NCBI RefSeq assembly: GCF_018350175.1
Contig: NC_058368.1
Span: 744,001-808,000, forward strand
DNA: 64,000 nucleotides
Direction: 5' to 3'
Source: Felis catus
Taxonomy: Eukaryota
The notes below the pieces were generated by a model. The model worked only from the letters and a program-made list of their open reading frames with translations, was not told the DNA's origin and did not search any database. Positions 38,855 to 52,133 of the stretch are shown piece after piece. Position 1 is the stretch's first letter. Each line of letters begins with the position of its first letter. Both the position numbers and the translations under genes were made by a program.

Positions 38855-41229
38855 ATATGGTGATTAATCTTTGACAAAGCAGGAAAGAACCTCCAATGGG
38901 AAAAGGACAGCCTCTTAACTGTTACATGGTCAATTAATCTTTGACAAAGCAGGAAAGAATATCCATTGGGAAAAGGACAGTCTCTTCAACAAATGGGGAA
39001 ACGGGGGGGGGGGGGGGGGAGAGGAAAACTGGAACACTTTCTTACACCATACAGGAAAAAAAAAATCAAAATGAATTGAAGACCTAAATGTGATACCTGA
39101 AACCATAAAAATCCTAGAAGAGAGCACAGGTAGTAATTTCTCTGACATCGGCCATAGCAACTTTTTTCTAGATCTATCCCCTAAGGCAAGGGAAACAAAA
39201 GCAAAAAACTATTGGGACTACATCAAAATAAAAAGCTTCTGCACAGTGAAGGAACAATCAACAAAACCAAAAGGTAACCTACAGAATGGGAGAAGATATT
39301 TGCAAATGACATATCTAATAAAGGGTTACTATCCAAAGTATATAAAGAACTTCTAAAACTCAACACCCAAAAACAATCCAGTTAAGAAATAAATAGAAGA
39401 CACGAACAGACATTTTTGCAAAGAAGATATACAGATAGCCACAGACACATGAAAAGATGCCCGTCATCACTTATCATCAGGGAAATGAAAATCGAAACTA
39501 CAATGAGATATCACCTTACATCTATCAGAATGGCTAAAATCAATAACCCAAGAAACAACAGGTGTTGGCGAGGATGTAGAGAAAAAGGAACCCTCTTGTG
39601 TTGCTATCGGGAATGTAAACTGGTGTGACCACCATGGAAGACGGTATGCAGGTTCCTCAGAAAGTTAAAAATAGAACTACCTTACGGTCTAGTATACTAC
39701 AGGGTGTTTATCTGAAGAGTACAAGAACACTAATTCAAAGGGGTACATGCACCCTGTGTTTATAGCAGCATTGGATATAATAATCAAGAATGGAAGCAGC
39801 CCAGGTGTCCATCGATTGATGAATGAATAAAAATGTGATATATATATATATATACAATGGCATATTATTCAGCCATCGAAAAGAATGAGATCTTGCCATT
39901 TACAATGACATAGATGGAGCTAGAGAGGATAATGCTAAGTGAAATAAGTCAGAGTCAAATACTGTATGATTTCGTTCGTGTGGAATTTAAGAAACAAAGC
40001 AAACAAGCAAAGGGCAAAAAGAGAGAGACTGAGACAAATCAAGAAACAGACAATTATAGAGAACAAACTGAAGGTTACCAGAGAGGTGGTAGGTGGGGGG
40101 ACGGGTTAAATAGGTGAGGGGCATTAAGGAATGCCCTTGTCATGATGAACACAGGGTGATTATGGAAGTGTTGAACTACTGTATTGTACACCTGAAACTA
40201 ATACTACACTGTATGTTTACTAACTGGAATTAAAATAAAAATTGAAGGCAAAAACAGTTCCCTTTTTGGACTGTGCATTACATGTGTGTAGAAACACAGC
40301 TGATGATTGTGTGTTATTCTTGTACTCTTCAAGCTCAATTCATTCATTAGATCTAGTCATTTTCTTGTGATTCTTTGGGAGTTTCTATATAGAGTGAATG
40401 TAGTTGTATTTCTTCCTTTCTAACTTGAATGCCTTTTATATCTTTTTATCTAATTGCTCTGGCTAGAACTAATGGTACAGTGTTAAATAGCAGTGGTTAA
40501 AGTGGGCATATTGCAGGTAATTCTTGAAAGAAAAAATGTGAATGGCTTAATAATAATTATGTAAGTGATCATAAAGCTGAAGTCAGCAGACTGGTAAATT
40601 GCCATATAGTAAATATTATACTTTGTAGGTTGAGAGGCAAAATTAGCTTTTAAAGTTAATGTTCATGGGGAAGGCATGACCTCATTATCCTAAAAATCCT
40701 TCCTTCTCTCAAAGACAGTGATCTTCTCTCTTGGGACCTCACTAGGCTATGTTAACTGCATCCACCTTTGGATACTTATACATACTATCCTCACAGAGTT
40801 GGATATAACTTTTCATATGCAGAAGCTGGTTAAGTGCCGTTGGGTGTTAATTTCAGCCGAATTACTTTTTAGCTGTGTAATCTTTACTAGTTACTTTTTC
40901 TAGAAGCTTCAGTTTCCTCTATAAAATGAGTAATAGTACTTCACAGGGTTGTTGTAAAGATTAAATGAGCTAATAAATGCCAAGATTTAGGCCATGCATG
41001 ACAGATTATAAAGCACTTGATTTGTATGTAATTATTCTTTTGATTTGTTTTCAACCATTTAAAAATGTAAAAACCATTCTTAGCTCACAGAATGACCAAA
41101 CTAAAATAGGAGATAGGCCCTGCTATAGTTTGCAGAGATATACAGAGATGAGCTCTTTTATCTTGTGGAAATGTAAATTGGAACATCTTTTCTAGAAATA
41201 TTTTTTCTGGCAGTGTGTTTTAACAGTGT

Positions 41230-41441
41230 TAAAAAATTTTTTTTAATGTTTATTTATTTTTGGGAGAGAGAGACAATGTGAATGGGGGTAGGGCAGAGAG
41301 AGAGAGACACAGAATCTGAAGCATGCTCCAGGCTCTGAGCTGTCAGCACAGAGTCTGACATAAGGCTCAAACCCACAAACTGCAAGATCATGACCTGAGC
41401 CAAAGTTGCAGGCTCAACCAACTGAGCCACCCAGGTACCCC
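41230..41441 (-). mobile_element. Can-SINE
   Basis: Antisense SINE with TSD ttaacagtgtt. Confidence 0.88.
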
Positions 41442-41959
41442 TTAACAGTGTTTAAATGGCTTTATCGTTTGACCCAATTGATCTGTCTTTGGGGACTTTA
41501 TTCTAGCAACCTGATGAGAGATGCACAAGTATGTAACAGCTTTGTTTAAAAAGAAATTGGAAACAAAACAACCTTTGGTTTCCAAAGGGAGAGGTTTTTT
41601 GTATTTTTTATTTAAAACAATCAGTAAAAATCATGCTTTTGAAAAATATTAAAACAAGAAGTGTTCCATATCTAAGTGAAAAAAGAAAGTAAAATCATAG
41701 TATTAGATAAGTATCTAAATGATACGCTTAGTGTTCTAAGCGATATGTGTTTAATACGTAGTTATAATTACATATTTGTAAATACATTTGTAAATGTAAA
41801 GAGTGGGAAATAGGTCAAATCATTATCAATACTCTATGGGTGGTTTTTGGGTTTTTTTCCTGCTTTTTATTGATTTTCAAAGATTACATGTTGCTTATGT
41901 AATCAGAGAAGGACCTCAGTCTTCAATTTATGAAAAGTAGATCAGTAATACTGTTTATG

Positions 41960-43230
41960 TATTTTAATTTTTAAAAATTGAGGTATAATTGACATATACC
42001 AGTAGTATTAGTATTAGTTTCAGGTGTACAACATAATGATCCAATATTTTTATGCACTGCAAAATCATCACAGTAAATCTAGTTAACATCTGTTACCTTA
42101 CATAGTTACAAACGTTTTCTTACGATGAGAACTTTTAAGATCTGCTTTCTTAGCAATTTTTAAGTATGCAGTACAGTATTAACTGTGGTCACCATGCTGC
42201 ACATTACATCCCCATGACTTGTTTTATGACTGGAAGTGCCTTTTGCCCCCTTCATCTGTATCTTCTACTCTTAACCCCTGCCTCTGGCAACCTCGTCTGT
42301 TGTCTTTATCTGTGAGCTTGGGTTTTCATTTTGTTTTGTTACCTTCCATACATAAGTGAGATTATGCAGTTTTGTCTTTCTCTGTCTGACTTATTTTATT
42401 TAGTATAATGTCCTTGAAGTCCAGACATGTTGCCAGGCGCAAGATTCCATTCTTTTTTTATGGCATTTGTGTGGCATTTTTGTGGCATTTTTTTATTACA
42501 TTTGTGTGCGTGTGTGTGTGTGCGTGCGTGTGCGTGCACATGTGCATATACATAAGTGTGTGTATACACACACACACACACACACCACATTTTCTTCATT
42601 CATCTGTTGAGGACACTTGGGCTATTTCCACTCTTTGGCTGCTGAAGCGATGCTGCAGTGAACATGGGGGTACATATATCTTTTTAAGTTAGCGTTTTTA
42701 TTTTCTTCAGATAAATACCCAGAAATGGAATTGCTAGGTCATATGATAGTTTGTGTTTTTTAAATTTTTTGAGGAACCTTTATACTGTTTTTGCATGGCG
42801 GCTAACCTAGTTTCCATTCTCACCAACATTGCACAGGGGGTTTCCTTTTTTCCTCATCCTTCCTAATACTTGTTATTTCTTTTTTATAATGAGATCTCAT
42901 GGTGTTTTTGATTTTCATTTCTCTAATGATTAGTGGTGTTGAGCATCTTTTCATGTATTTGTTGGCCATCTGTACTCCACACCCCCCCTCCTTGGCCATC
43001 TATATGTCTTCTTTGGAAAGATCTGCTGCCCAATTTTTAATCAGATTGTTTGAGGGTTTTTTGTTATTGAGTTGTTTGAGTTCTGTATATATTTTGGATA
43101 TTAACCCTTTATCAGACATGTGATTTGCAAATATTTTCCGATTCGGTAGGTTGCTTTTTCATTTTATTAGTGGTTTCCTTTGTAGTGTAGAAGCTTTTTA
43201 GTTTGATATAGTCCCATTTGTTTATTTTTA
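41960..43230 (-). mobile_element. Antisense L1 3' portion (L1MA9/L1_Carn-like) with a (TG)/(CA) microsatellite
   Basis: Starts aattgaggtataattgacata, typical of an antisense L1MA 3' end. ORF2 C-terminal antisense motifs. Confidence 0.82.
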
Positions 43231-43257
43231 GTTTTGGTGTGGCACTGTTTTTTCATT

Positions 43258-43477
43258 CTTTTTTTTTTTAATTTCTTTAACATTTATTTATTTTTGAGAG
43301 AGAGAGACAGCGTGTGTGGGGGAGGAGCAGAGAGAGAGGGAGACACAGAATCCAAAGCAGGATCCAGGCTCTGAGCTGTCAGCACAGAGCCTGACACGGG
43401 GCCTAAACTCAGGAATGGCGAGATCATGACCTAGGTCAAAGTTGGACGCTTAACCAACTGAACCACCCAGGCGTCCC
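43258..43477 (-). mobile_element. Can-SINE about 180 bp upstream of exon 2
   Basis: TSD ggtgtggcactgtttttt. Confidence 0.9.
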
Positions 43478-43658
43478 TGGTGTGGCACTGTTTTTTCTTA
43501 AACCCACTTGCTTCAAGAGATGAACATACTTTATAATGATGTTAATCTCCATTTCAAGTTCATTCATGCATTCTCAGGGTTTTATGTTTTTGGAAATTTA
43601 ATCACTTATATTATCAAATGTAATGTCCTTTATTTGCCTGTTTTTAATTCTGTAACAG

Positions 43659-43814
43659 GGTAAAATCCTTTACAAAGTTCGATGGAAAGGGTACACATCA
43701 GATGATGATACTTGGGAGCCTGAGATTCATCTTGAGGACTGTAAAGAAGTTCTTCTCGAATTTAGGAAGAAAGTTGTGGAGAACAAAGCTAAGCCAGTCA
43801 AGAAGGATATTCAG
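43659..43814 (+). CDS. MPHOSPH8: MPHOSPH8 exon 2: chromodomain core (156 nt)
   Basis: Acceptor tgtaacag. Encodes GKILYKVRWKGYTSDDDTWEPEIHLEDCKEVLLEFRKKVVENKAKPVKKDIQ. Donor cag|gtatca. Aromatic-cage W and Y are present (the F is in exon 1). Confidence 0.97.
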
Positions 43815-44897
43815 GTATCATGTTAGTTCATATTTCTTTTTTTAGTATAATAAACTTATTACAAATTTTACTGGTATAAGGAATGTGCAGTAAAAATTTA
43901 CAAATGGTAATAAAATATATAGTATTCCTATTATAAATTCTGTATAGCCACTTGATTCTCATAGAATGCTTATATTGATTTTTGCCAAACTCTTCTTTCT
44001 GTCGTCAACCTATGATCACGGTTGATGAACAAGTATAGTTTGTACGTGTTGATTAATATTTTCCTTCCAGTCAACAGTAAGGTGAAAGTGGGGGGGTTAA
44101 AAACATGTCAGAACTTTATTTGTCCATGATTTGAGCATCTTGTTTTTATGTACCTTAAGAATATATTCTGTACTATTCATGTTACTACTGTACAGTGCAT
44201 ACTTTATATTTTGTCTGCATTATTAACACATTTCTTATGTCTGATATTTATGCTAATTAAAATAAAATAAATCTTAGATCATTTGATAAAGCTGTAAATT
44301 TTAATCTATTACAGATTATGCACAGAGCTGATTATCCAGGTCTTTTGTTTTTCTCTTCTATTCCCACTTTAGTTTTTAGCTACTTTATTGCTTTTTAGTA
44401 AGCTTTTTCTGATAGTAAGGATAAAGAGATCAGAGGAGCTTAGATAAGTTAAAGTTCTGTAATCAGTTTGGAAAAAGATTTGATGGTGGGCTAGAGTGGG
44501 ATAATATTAAAACAGATGCAAAAGTTAGGGTAAGGGTTTTCTTCTGTGAATTTGTCCATTGTTTTATCCTTGGTCCTCTTTTTCCACAAATAATTGGCTT
44601 TATTTATGAATCTTATAAGACTTTCCCATTGTTCTTTCCCATGCAAATTTCATTCCAAGCTTCTATTTTATAAATTAAACCAACTCTTTCTCAACTTGCT
44701 TTTGCTTTTTTTCTTTTCCATTAGAAATTATTTTTTTTTTAGAATATTGGCAGAGGTTCTCAAACTTAGAACTATATGGTGAAAATTTTTCACAAGAAAT
44801 AGATTCTTACCTAGTTGAAGTCTTTATTTTAAGGACTGAATGTTGATCTTCTTTCCCTAAAATTTGAGTTTCAACCACATTTAATAAAAATACTTGC

Positions 44898-45571
44898 AGG
44901 GGCTCCTGGGTGGCTCAGATCACGATCTCACAGCTCGTGAGTTTGAGTCCTGTATCAGCGCAGAGCCCGCTTTGAATCCTCTGTCCCCTTCTCTCTCTCA
45001 GCCCCTTCCCCCTCTCTCAAAAATAAACATTTTAAAAAATTCTTTAATAAAAAAAAAAAAAAAAGAAGAGTCACATGTTCTACTGACTGAGACAGCCAGG
45101 CACCCTAGTCTTGTCTTTTTATGAAGTGCTTCTGGGAAATTGAAAAACTTATGCCAATTCCACCATATTCTCACTGTCTCTGTAACCTTAGTGGCATTCA
45201 TTTCTTACGCACTGTAGGGAAGACATTTTGTAAACGTACCTATCTTTTCCCTCCCTTTCTACCCCCAAGTCATTTAGAAGAAAAGAATTTGGGGAAATGG
45301 GAGCTGAAAATACTGCATAGTGTTTGCATAGTGTTTTTGTGTCTATACATATAATAAATCTTTTTTATTTTTTTTTAACATTTATTTATTATTGAGAGAG
45401 AGAGCATGAGCAGGGGAGGGGCAGAGAGAGAGGGAGACACAGAGTCTGAAGCAGGCTCCAGGCTTTGAGCTGTCAGCACAGAGCCTGACGCGGGGCTCAA
45501 ACTCACACACCGCAAGATCATGACCTGAGCCGAAGTCGGACGCTCAACCGACTGAGCCACCCAGGCGCCCC
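44898..45571. mobile_element. Can-SINEs in intron 2 (+ at about 44898-45060, internally deleted; - at about 45361-45571)
   Basis: SINE heads and tails on opposite strands. Confidence 0.85.
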
Positions 45572-46184
45572 TATACATATTATATTTTTAAGGTGTGGTT
45601 TTGTTTGTTTATTTAGGGTTTTTGTTTGTTTTGTTTTTTTAGAATAGGCAACTTTATTTTCCATAAGAGGTATTTCAGATTATACAACACAAATCAAATC
45701 AGTTGGGGAAGTAAGATTTGTGTACAGTCTTGCTTATTCCGTATGTAACTGTGAAATATAACAGCAAATTTAAGGACATCTAGGATTCAGTCTTAAAAAA
45801 ACTTTGCTTTTGGATTGATAACTACTTTTTTGACAGCCAATTCTGTACAGATAGCTTTTTTGGTGTTTTTGGAAAATTTGAACTTCAGATCATGTAAAAC
45901 ACACCATTCATAAGGCTGTTATTACTCACTTCTGCTTTAGTTTAGGACCCTTCAGTGGCACTAACGTTTTTTTCACTGTGTTTATCTGCTTTCATTTTAA
46001 AATGATGCTCAGTATCACAACCAAGACCTATTTGCTAAATCAGAGACATAAGTCATATACAACTTCAATTAATAATTTTAAGAAGTTGAGAAACTTGGGG
46101 AAAAAAATTACTACTAGATTTCATTCGTACTACTTTTCCAGTTACTATGTTAATGAGTATTTAAGTCTTTTTTATATCTTATAG

Positions 46185-47030
46185 AAACTGTCCTTAAATA
46201 ATGACATATTTGAGGCAAATTCTGATAGTGATCAGCAAAGTGAGACAAAAGAAGATACTTCTCCAAAGAAGAAAAAGAAAAAATTGAGGCATAGAGAAGA
46301 GAAAAGCCCAGATGATCTGAAAAAGAAAAAAGCAAAGACTGGGAAACTAAAAGATAAATCCAAACCAGACCTGGAGAGCTCTTCTGAAAGTTTAGTTTTT
46401 GATTTAAGGACAAAGAAAAGAATTTCGGAAGCCAAAGAAGAAATAAAGGAATCCAAAAAGCCCAAAAAAGAGGACACAAAAGAAACTAAGGAATTAAAGA
46501 AAGTTAAAAAGGGTGAAGGAAGAGATTTAAAGGCTAAAATAAGAGAAGATTCCAAAGAAAACAGAAAAACAAAAAAAGAGAAATGTGTTGAATCTCAGTT
46601 GGAATCTGAATCAAGTGTACTTAATGACTCCCCTTCTCAAGAAGATGACAATGAAGATTTTCATTCTGACAACAGAGAAGAGAAACAGAAGATTAAAAGT
46701 GCAAAAGACAAAGCAGGGCAAGATGCAATTCAGGATGTTTTTGATAAACAGCCAGATGGCTCTGTGAGTGCCGATGAAGATGCTGATGTCAAAGCAAAGA
46801 GAAAAAGGAAAAAACTGAGAAAGACTGAGGAACTCAGAGAGAGCAAAACACTAGAAAACAGGAACCTTTTCCTAGAGAAGAAACCTATACATAAGAAGCA
46901 AAGGAGTCAGGACAGAGGCAGAAGCACCACAGAGTTAGATAAGCTGATACCTGCACCTGCCCAGACACAGAAGAGTTCAAGAGCAGGTGTGGAAGAGAGA
47001 GGCCTCAGGTCTACTGACTCAGCTGGGGAG
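46185..47030 (+). CDS. MPHOSPH8: MPHOSPH8 exon 3: long Lys/Glu-rich region (846 nt)
   Basis: Acceptor tatcttatag. Encodes KLSLNNDIFEANSDSDQQSETKEDTSPKKKKKK...STDSAGE. Donor gag|gtaagt. In frame with ORF 46284..47114. Confidence 0.96.
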
Positions 47031-48338
47031 GTAAGTACTTGGGGGGATCAGTTGAAGGGCAGTAAAAATCTTACAGAGTACAGAAATGCTCCTGTCAAGC
47101 TGGCACTCCTTTGAGTGTTCAAGAAACTTTACAAAAACAAAGTGGAAACGGTGTAACAAACTGTAAGAATAGTTTTTCTGTGGTTAGGGAGTTCCTTAAT
47201 GTGTGATTAGAATAGGTAGTTATAAATGATGAAGATCATCCAGCTTTTGGACCTCCCACACTAATCTCTTAGTCTTAAAATTTGCTTTCTTTTAGACTAC
47301 GACTAGAAAATTGAGGACTAATTTGTGAACAAAACAAGGGTTTTTTTCAGGGCTACTCAGATGATGTGTAACATTGTGTAGTAAAACTGAAAATAAGCTT
47401 CATCAGCTCAGCTTTTCATACCTTACTTGGTATTTTTCCTATTGTCTTAAAAATATACTACTTTTTTACTTAAATAATAAGCACTAACATTATGAATTTT
47501 TTTTAATCTTACAAAAATATGTTTAATAGGAGTTATCCCATTATTATAAAAATTATTTTCATATGGCTTTTCAAAATGGAAATATTTTCCACATTATTAA
47601 GGTATACATATATACAGTATCATGGGCTATGAAAAAGATCTTTTTTTTTCCATCCATTCCGTGTTTGTGGATTTATCTTAAGGAAGTCATTTTAAAGAAA
47701 GAAAAAGCTAGGTATACAAAGATACTTATGGCAGTGTTAGCCTCACTAAAACTCATGCCAGTCTGTCTACCATACCATTTCCATGAGGGAAATGATTAGG
47801 AAAATATTGCTGTATCAGCTTTGGGACTATTACCTGTCCATTGAAATACTAATTATGAGGTCAATGTAGCAAAAATAGAAAAGGTTCTAAAATGTTACAG
47901 TGAGGAAAGTTGTAAATATGAAACCAGTCATGTAAAAATATCTATGAGATGTAAATAAAGGAAAATGAACTTTAAACAACAAAATTATGCAAATTTACAA
48001 TGATCAGAGGGGAGAATGTGGAGAAATAAAAATAGTCCTGTTTGGTTAGTAGGAGTGTAGGAAGATTTTTTGGAATTTTCTTTATTTTTAATAATTAAAA
48101 AAAATAAGAGTGAGGTGTTGAGTTTTGAATTTGATATTTTTATAAATCATCAGAGTTGAGGGATAATCTTGATTGAAGAAGCAGTTGACATTCAAAAGGA
48201 TATAATAATCCGTGGTCATGTGCCATAGTACCCAAAAGACAGTCACTGATGCCAGGAACCTGCGTTTTCCAATTTTCAGATATATAGTATCAGTTCCTTC
48301 TCTGTCCTTGTTTTGGATCTTACATATGTCTCTTTTAG

Positions 48339-48438
48339 GAGAAAGAGATTAAAAAAAATGAACCCAAAGAAAAATACCAGAAAAGGCAGGATTTGGACAA
48401 GGAAGAAAAAGGTCGTAAAGAGCCAAAGGGATTAAAGA
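48339..48438 (+). CDS. MPHOSPH8: MPHOSPH8 exon 4 (100 nt)
   Basis: Acceptor tctcttttag. Encodes EKEIKKNEPKEKYQKRQDLDKEEKGRKEPKGLK plus 1 nt. Donor a|gtgagt. Confidence 0.93.
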
Positions 48439-49499
48439 GTGAGTGTGAATACTAACATTTTACCTTTTACCATTGCAGTCTTTTACACAAAAATTTAATT
48501 TGCTGTGAAGACAGTCTCTCTTTTCTAACCTGCAGTGTCACAGAACTAGAAAATTTCATTCACTGGAGAATTTAGAACTTTATGCTACTTTTGTTTAAAC
48601 AGTTACTTTATTATATGATAGTTCATATTTCTGTAATTTTTTTCTCTTCTGTTCACTTTTGTTTCTCCTTTTGATGGAGTACACTAGTACTTGATCTAGT
48701 ACATTATAAATCCGTTGTGGTGGAAAAGTAAAGGTCTCTTACAATGGATGCTAAATGAGACAAACCACTGTTAATACGTTAATTGTATTTAAGCGCTGAG
48801 TCATTTATATAAATATGATACTGAATTTAAATTTTGTATCACATCAAGATACACCATAATTGAGAATCCATGACATGTCAGTACTAGAATCAGATACTTT
48901 ATAAAGCATTCACCATTATAGTATTTAAATAAACCCCACTGGATATTTTAGTTCATGTACCAAAAGTACTTGGAACACATGTTCTCATGAAGCAGTGATT
49001 CTAAAAGATAGGTAATTTCTTGTCCTCCCCCCCCCCCCGCCCACCCAAGTCTGTATATGGCTGAGGTAATATTCAAATTAGATTTTGGTTACAGCTTGGG
49101 TTGGGACTTAGCAGTAAGTTAGAGTATTATAGGAAGCTGGGAAGGACCACTTGTTTTGATGGATTTTGCATAAAGTAGTTATAACTTAGGGGTATCTATT
49201 CAAAGTACCATATTTTAAGCATGTATCATTCTTCAGAGTCGAGATTAGGGATTCAAAATATAGTACAGTTGGAACTAATTTTTTTCTTCCTCACATACAC
49301 TTGGAATATGTACTCTTAAACTGCTGTTCGCTCCTTTTATAATGGTACTCACTAGGAGGCCAATTTTCAGCATCCCTGCTGATAAAATCTATCTGTCTTG
49401 TACCCTGAGTTTATAATGGAATTCTTCCTAGTTTTTTTCTATTCTGCCCTTTTTGGGGGTTATTATGTCATATCTGTTGTTTTGCCACTCTTCTTTCCA

Positions 49500-49725
49500 C
49501 TTTGTTTTTTTAATTTTTTTATGTTTATTTATTGTTGAGAGAGAGCGAGAGAGACAGAGTGCAAGCAGGGGAGGGGCAGACAGAGAGGCAGACACAGATT
49601 CCAAAGCAGGCTCCAGGCTCTGAGCTGTCAGCATAGAGCCCGATGTGGGGCTTGAAACGATGAACCGTGAGATCATGACCTGAGCCGAAGCCGGGGGCTT
49701 AGCTGACTGAGCCACACAGGCACCC
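49500..49725 (-). mobile_element. Can-SINE in intron 4
   Basis: TSD tcttctttccacttt. Confidence 0.9.
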
Positions 49726-50225
49726 CATCTTCTTTCCACTTTTATGTTTAGTTAAAAGCTAAGTAGATTTTTACAGACATCAGGTATAATTTTACCAGGT
49801 GCATGGTCAGTGTGCTGGCACCCTTCAGTTTCCCCCACTCTCCACCAAGAGCCATTTTCGTGCAAGGTTAACTTTGGGATACAGTTGTAGGCAGTTGTTT
49901 TAGCAGAAGGACAGTGGTGTCCTGAGACTAGGATTGTTGTGAGGCTCACTATCTTCAGTAGGCCTTTGTCAAAACAGGCAGTAGTTCCGAACACCTAGTT
50001 TAACAGCCATTCACTTTAGACACCTTTCTAAATATTGAGCAGGCAGTAGAAAGGCCAGTTGAAACAAGTTCACAGCTTTGATAGTAAATCTGATCATGCT
50101 TTATAACCAAGACAGATACTAGTAAAAATTTCAAATTCTTACTATTTCCTTAATACCTAGATTTTCTTTTGATTACAACAGAAATTTGTGAGTCATATTT
50201 ATTCTCAATTTTATTTTTTCACTAG

Positions 50226-50483
50226 CATTTAAGGAAATCAGAAATGCATTTGATTTATTTAAATTAACTCCAGAAGAAAAAAATGATTTTCCTGAGACTA
50301 ATCGGAAAAGAGAAGAAATACCACTAGATAATAAAATCACAGAAGATCACAAAACCAAGGAAAACAAGCAGCTACTTAAAGAAAGGAGAAATACAAGAGA
50401 TGAAACTGATACTTGGGCTTATATAGCTGCAGAAGGTGATCAAGAGGTTCTGGATAGTATGAGCCAAGCAGATGAGAATTCTG
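50226..50483 (+). CDS. MPHOSPH8: MPHOSPH8 exon 5 (258 nt)
   Basis: Acceptor ttttttcactag. Encodes (T)FKEIRNAFDLFKLTPEEK...RDETDTWAYIAAEGDQEVLDSMSQADENS. Donor g|gtaagt, phase 1-1. Confidence 0.95.
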
Positions 50484-51084
50484 GTAAGTATGTTTGTAAT
50501 TGTTTTGCAGTATTGTTTCAGGATAATGTACCATATTTCACTTTTCTAACTCCTCTCTCCCAGTATAATTCTGATCAGGAAGTAATGAAGTAGATTTTAT
50601 TGACCCTTCCAAAGAAACACATTTTTATCTTGAAGACTTAAGTCATTCTGTGACTTCTAAATTGATTAAACAAGTATTTTCTGAGTTCCTATACTTTGCT
50701 TTTAGCACATTTAGAAATTATAAAGATTTTTGGTTTTCTACATTACCTACTCTTGCGAAGCAGTCTGATTGTATATCTCATTAGATTTCTTTCAGAAAAT
50801 TATCAAATACAGACTTATTTGTATTCTACCCTTTTAACTTTGCAATAACACTTGCTAAAATAAAATTATATTATAAATGCTATCCTGGGGATGTTGGAAT
50901 TGGCTGCCAAGGAGGGAGAATCATGGATAGAATTCAGAGTACAGTAGCTGTGGGGAAGAGCGTGTGTATACACACACAGACACACACACACACACACACG
51001 TATATAAAACTAGGACACAATAAACAAGAGATTAACCTGGTAAAACTCTATTATTTGTAAATCTTGAGAAACAATTGAAGAGAA

Positions 51085-51470
51085 TTAAAAAAAATGTTTT
51101 TTAATGTTTCTTTGTTTTTGAGAGAGAGAGAATTGAATCAGGTTCCAGCTCCAAGCTGTTAGCACAGAGCCCAACAAAAGGCTCGAACTCATGAACCAGG
51201 AGATCATTACCTGAGCTGAAGTCAGCTGCTTAACCGACTGAGCCACCCAGGCACCCCAAAGAGAATTTTTTAAGTATTTCAGCGGGCACCTGGGTGGCTC
51301 AGTCATATGAGCCACCAACTCTTGATTTCAGCCTCAGGTCATGATCCCAGGGTCATGGGATTGAGCCTTACGTCAGGCTCCACGATTAGCATGGATGTTG
51401 CTTAAGATTCTCTCTCTTCTTCTGCCCTTTGCATGTTCTTGCTCTTTTTCTCAAATAAAAATAAAAATAA
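51085..51470. mobile_element. Head-to-head Can-SINE pair
   Basis: The - copy ends at 51257 and the + copy starts at about 51283. Confidence 0.85.
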
Positions 51471-51751
51471 AATATTTCCAGATGTATGGCAGGCTAGATA
51501 GTCTGGGTGACTCTCATACTGCAATACAGCTGGATTCTGAATACTATGTAAAACATACTTTCTGATACATTGCTGAGCTTACAGGAAATTGGGACACCTT
51601 CTAGGAGGAGTAGACAAAGGGGACGAAAGAGGTTGCCCACAGGGCACATGCCAAATAGTGGCTTTGCTGTTGGGATATTAAACAACAAAGAACAGATAGT
51701 AGGTGTTGGTTTGCAAACTCCAGACTTCCCTGGGTGAAATCTGAATCTAGC

Positions 51752-52133
51752 CTGTCTGGGGAGTACAGGAAGTAACCAAAGAAAGAGGCCGGCCACTCCA
51801 GATTGATAGGTGGCAGATTTAATAAGCAAGGGACTTTACATATGAGACTTGCCTTCGTTTGCCACAAGTCGAGTAGATCAGTCTGTGCATGTGCACACAC
51901 ACAACACACACACATGCACCCCTCCCTGTGAATCTTAAAAGTTTATATAGAGGCTTTAACTGGATTCAGTCACATACTTAGTCCAGATAGTCTCAACAAC
52001 ACCTTAAACTCTCAAGGCTATGTCCTTGAAATAGCTCCTAGTATGAAAATGGTGGGTGGAACCTTCTGAAGAAAAGCCTCTCATTGCTTGTGTCAACCCA
52101 AAGTCATATCCTCTCAATGACCTCCTTCCAACA
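51752..52133 (-). mobile_element. Probable solo ERV LTR in intron 5
   Basis: TG...CA ends (tgtctgggg...ttccaaca), antisense ATTAAA (tttaat) and TATA (tttatata). TSD not resolved. Confidence 0.6.

Larger units (their letters stand above)
32333..40255 (+). mobile_element. Full-length but decayed carnivore L1 in MPHOSPH8 intron 1
   Basis: 5'UTR starts gaggagtttgggaagatggtggag (YY1-like). ORF1 remnants (AENFPNLGKE, RLVGDFSAETWQA), ORF2 endonuclease/RT/C-terminal remnants, 3'UTR and tail. Imperfect TSD aatttcctttttgg / agttccctttttgg. Contains four SINEs and an L1 fragment. Confidence 0.92.

Noticed and set aside
43815..43822. Intron 2 donor gtatcatg as a U12-type site
   Set aside because: Lacks the GTATCCT consensus, and the acceptor has an ordinary pyrimidine tract.
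46185..47030. A-rich long exon 3 as a HUSH self-target
   Set aside because: A-richness is explained by Lys/Glu codons, and 846 nt is shorter than the kilobase-scale intronless units HUSH is known to favour. There is no direct sequence evidence.
47031..47114. ORF extensions past splice donors (also 23520-23564 and 61961-62077)
   Set aside because: Intronic read-through beyond GT donors. Protein similarity ends at the donor.
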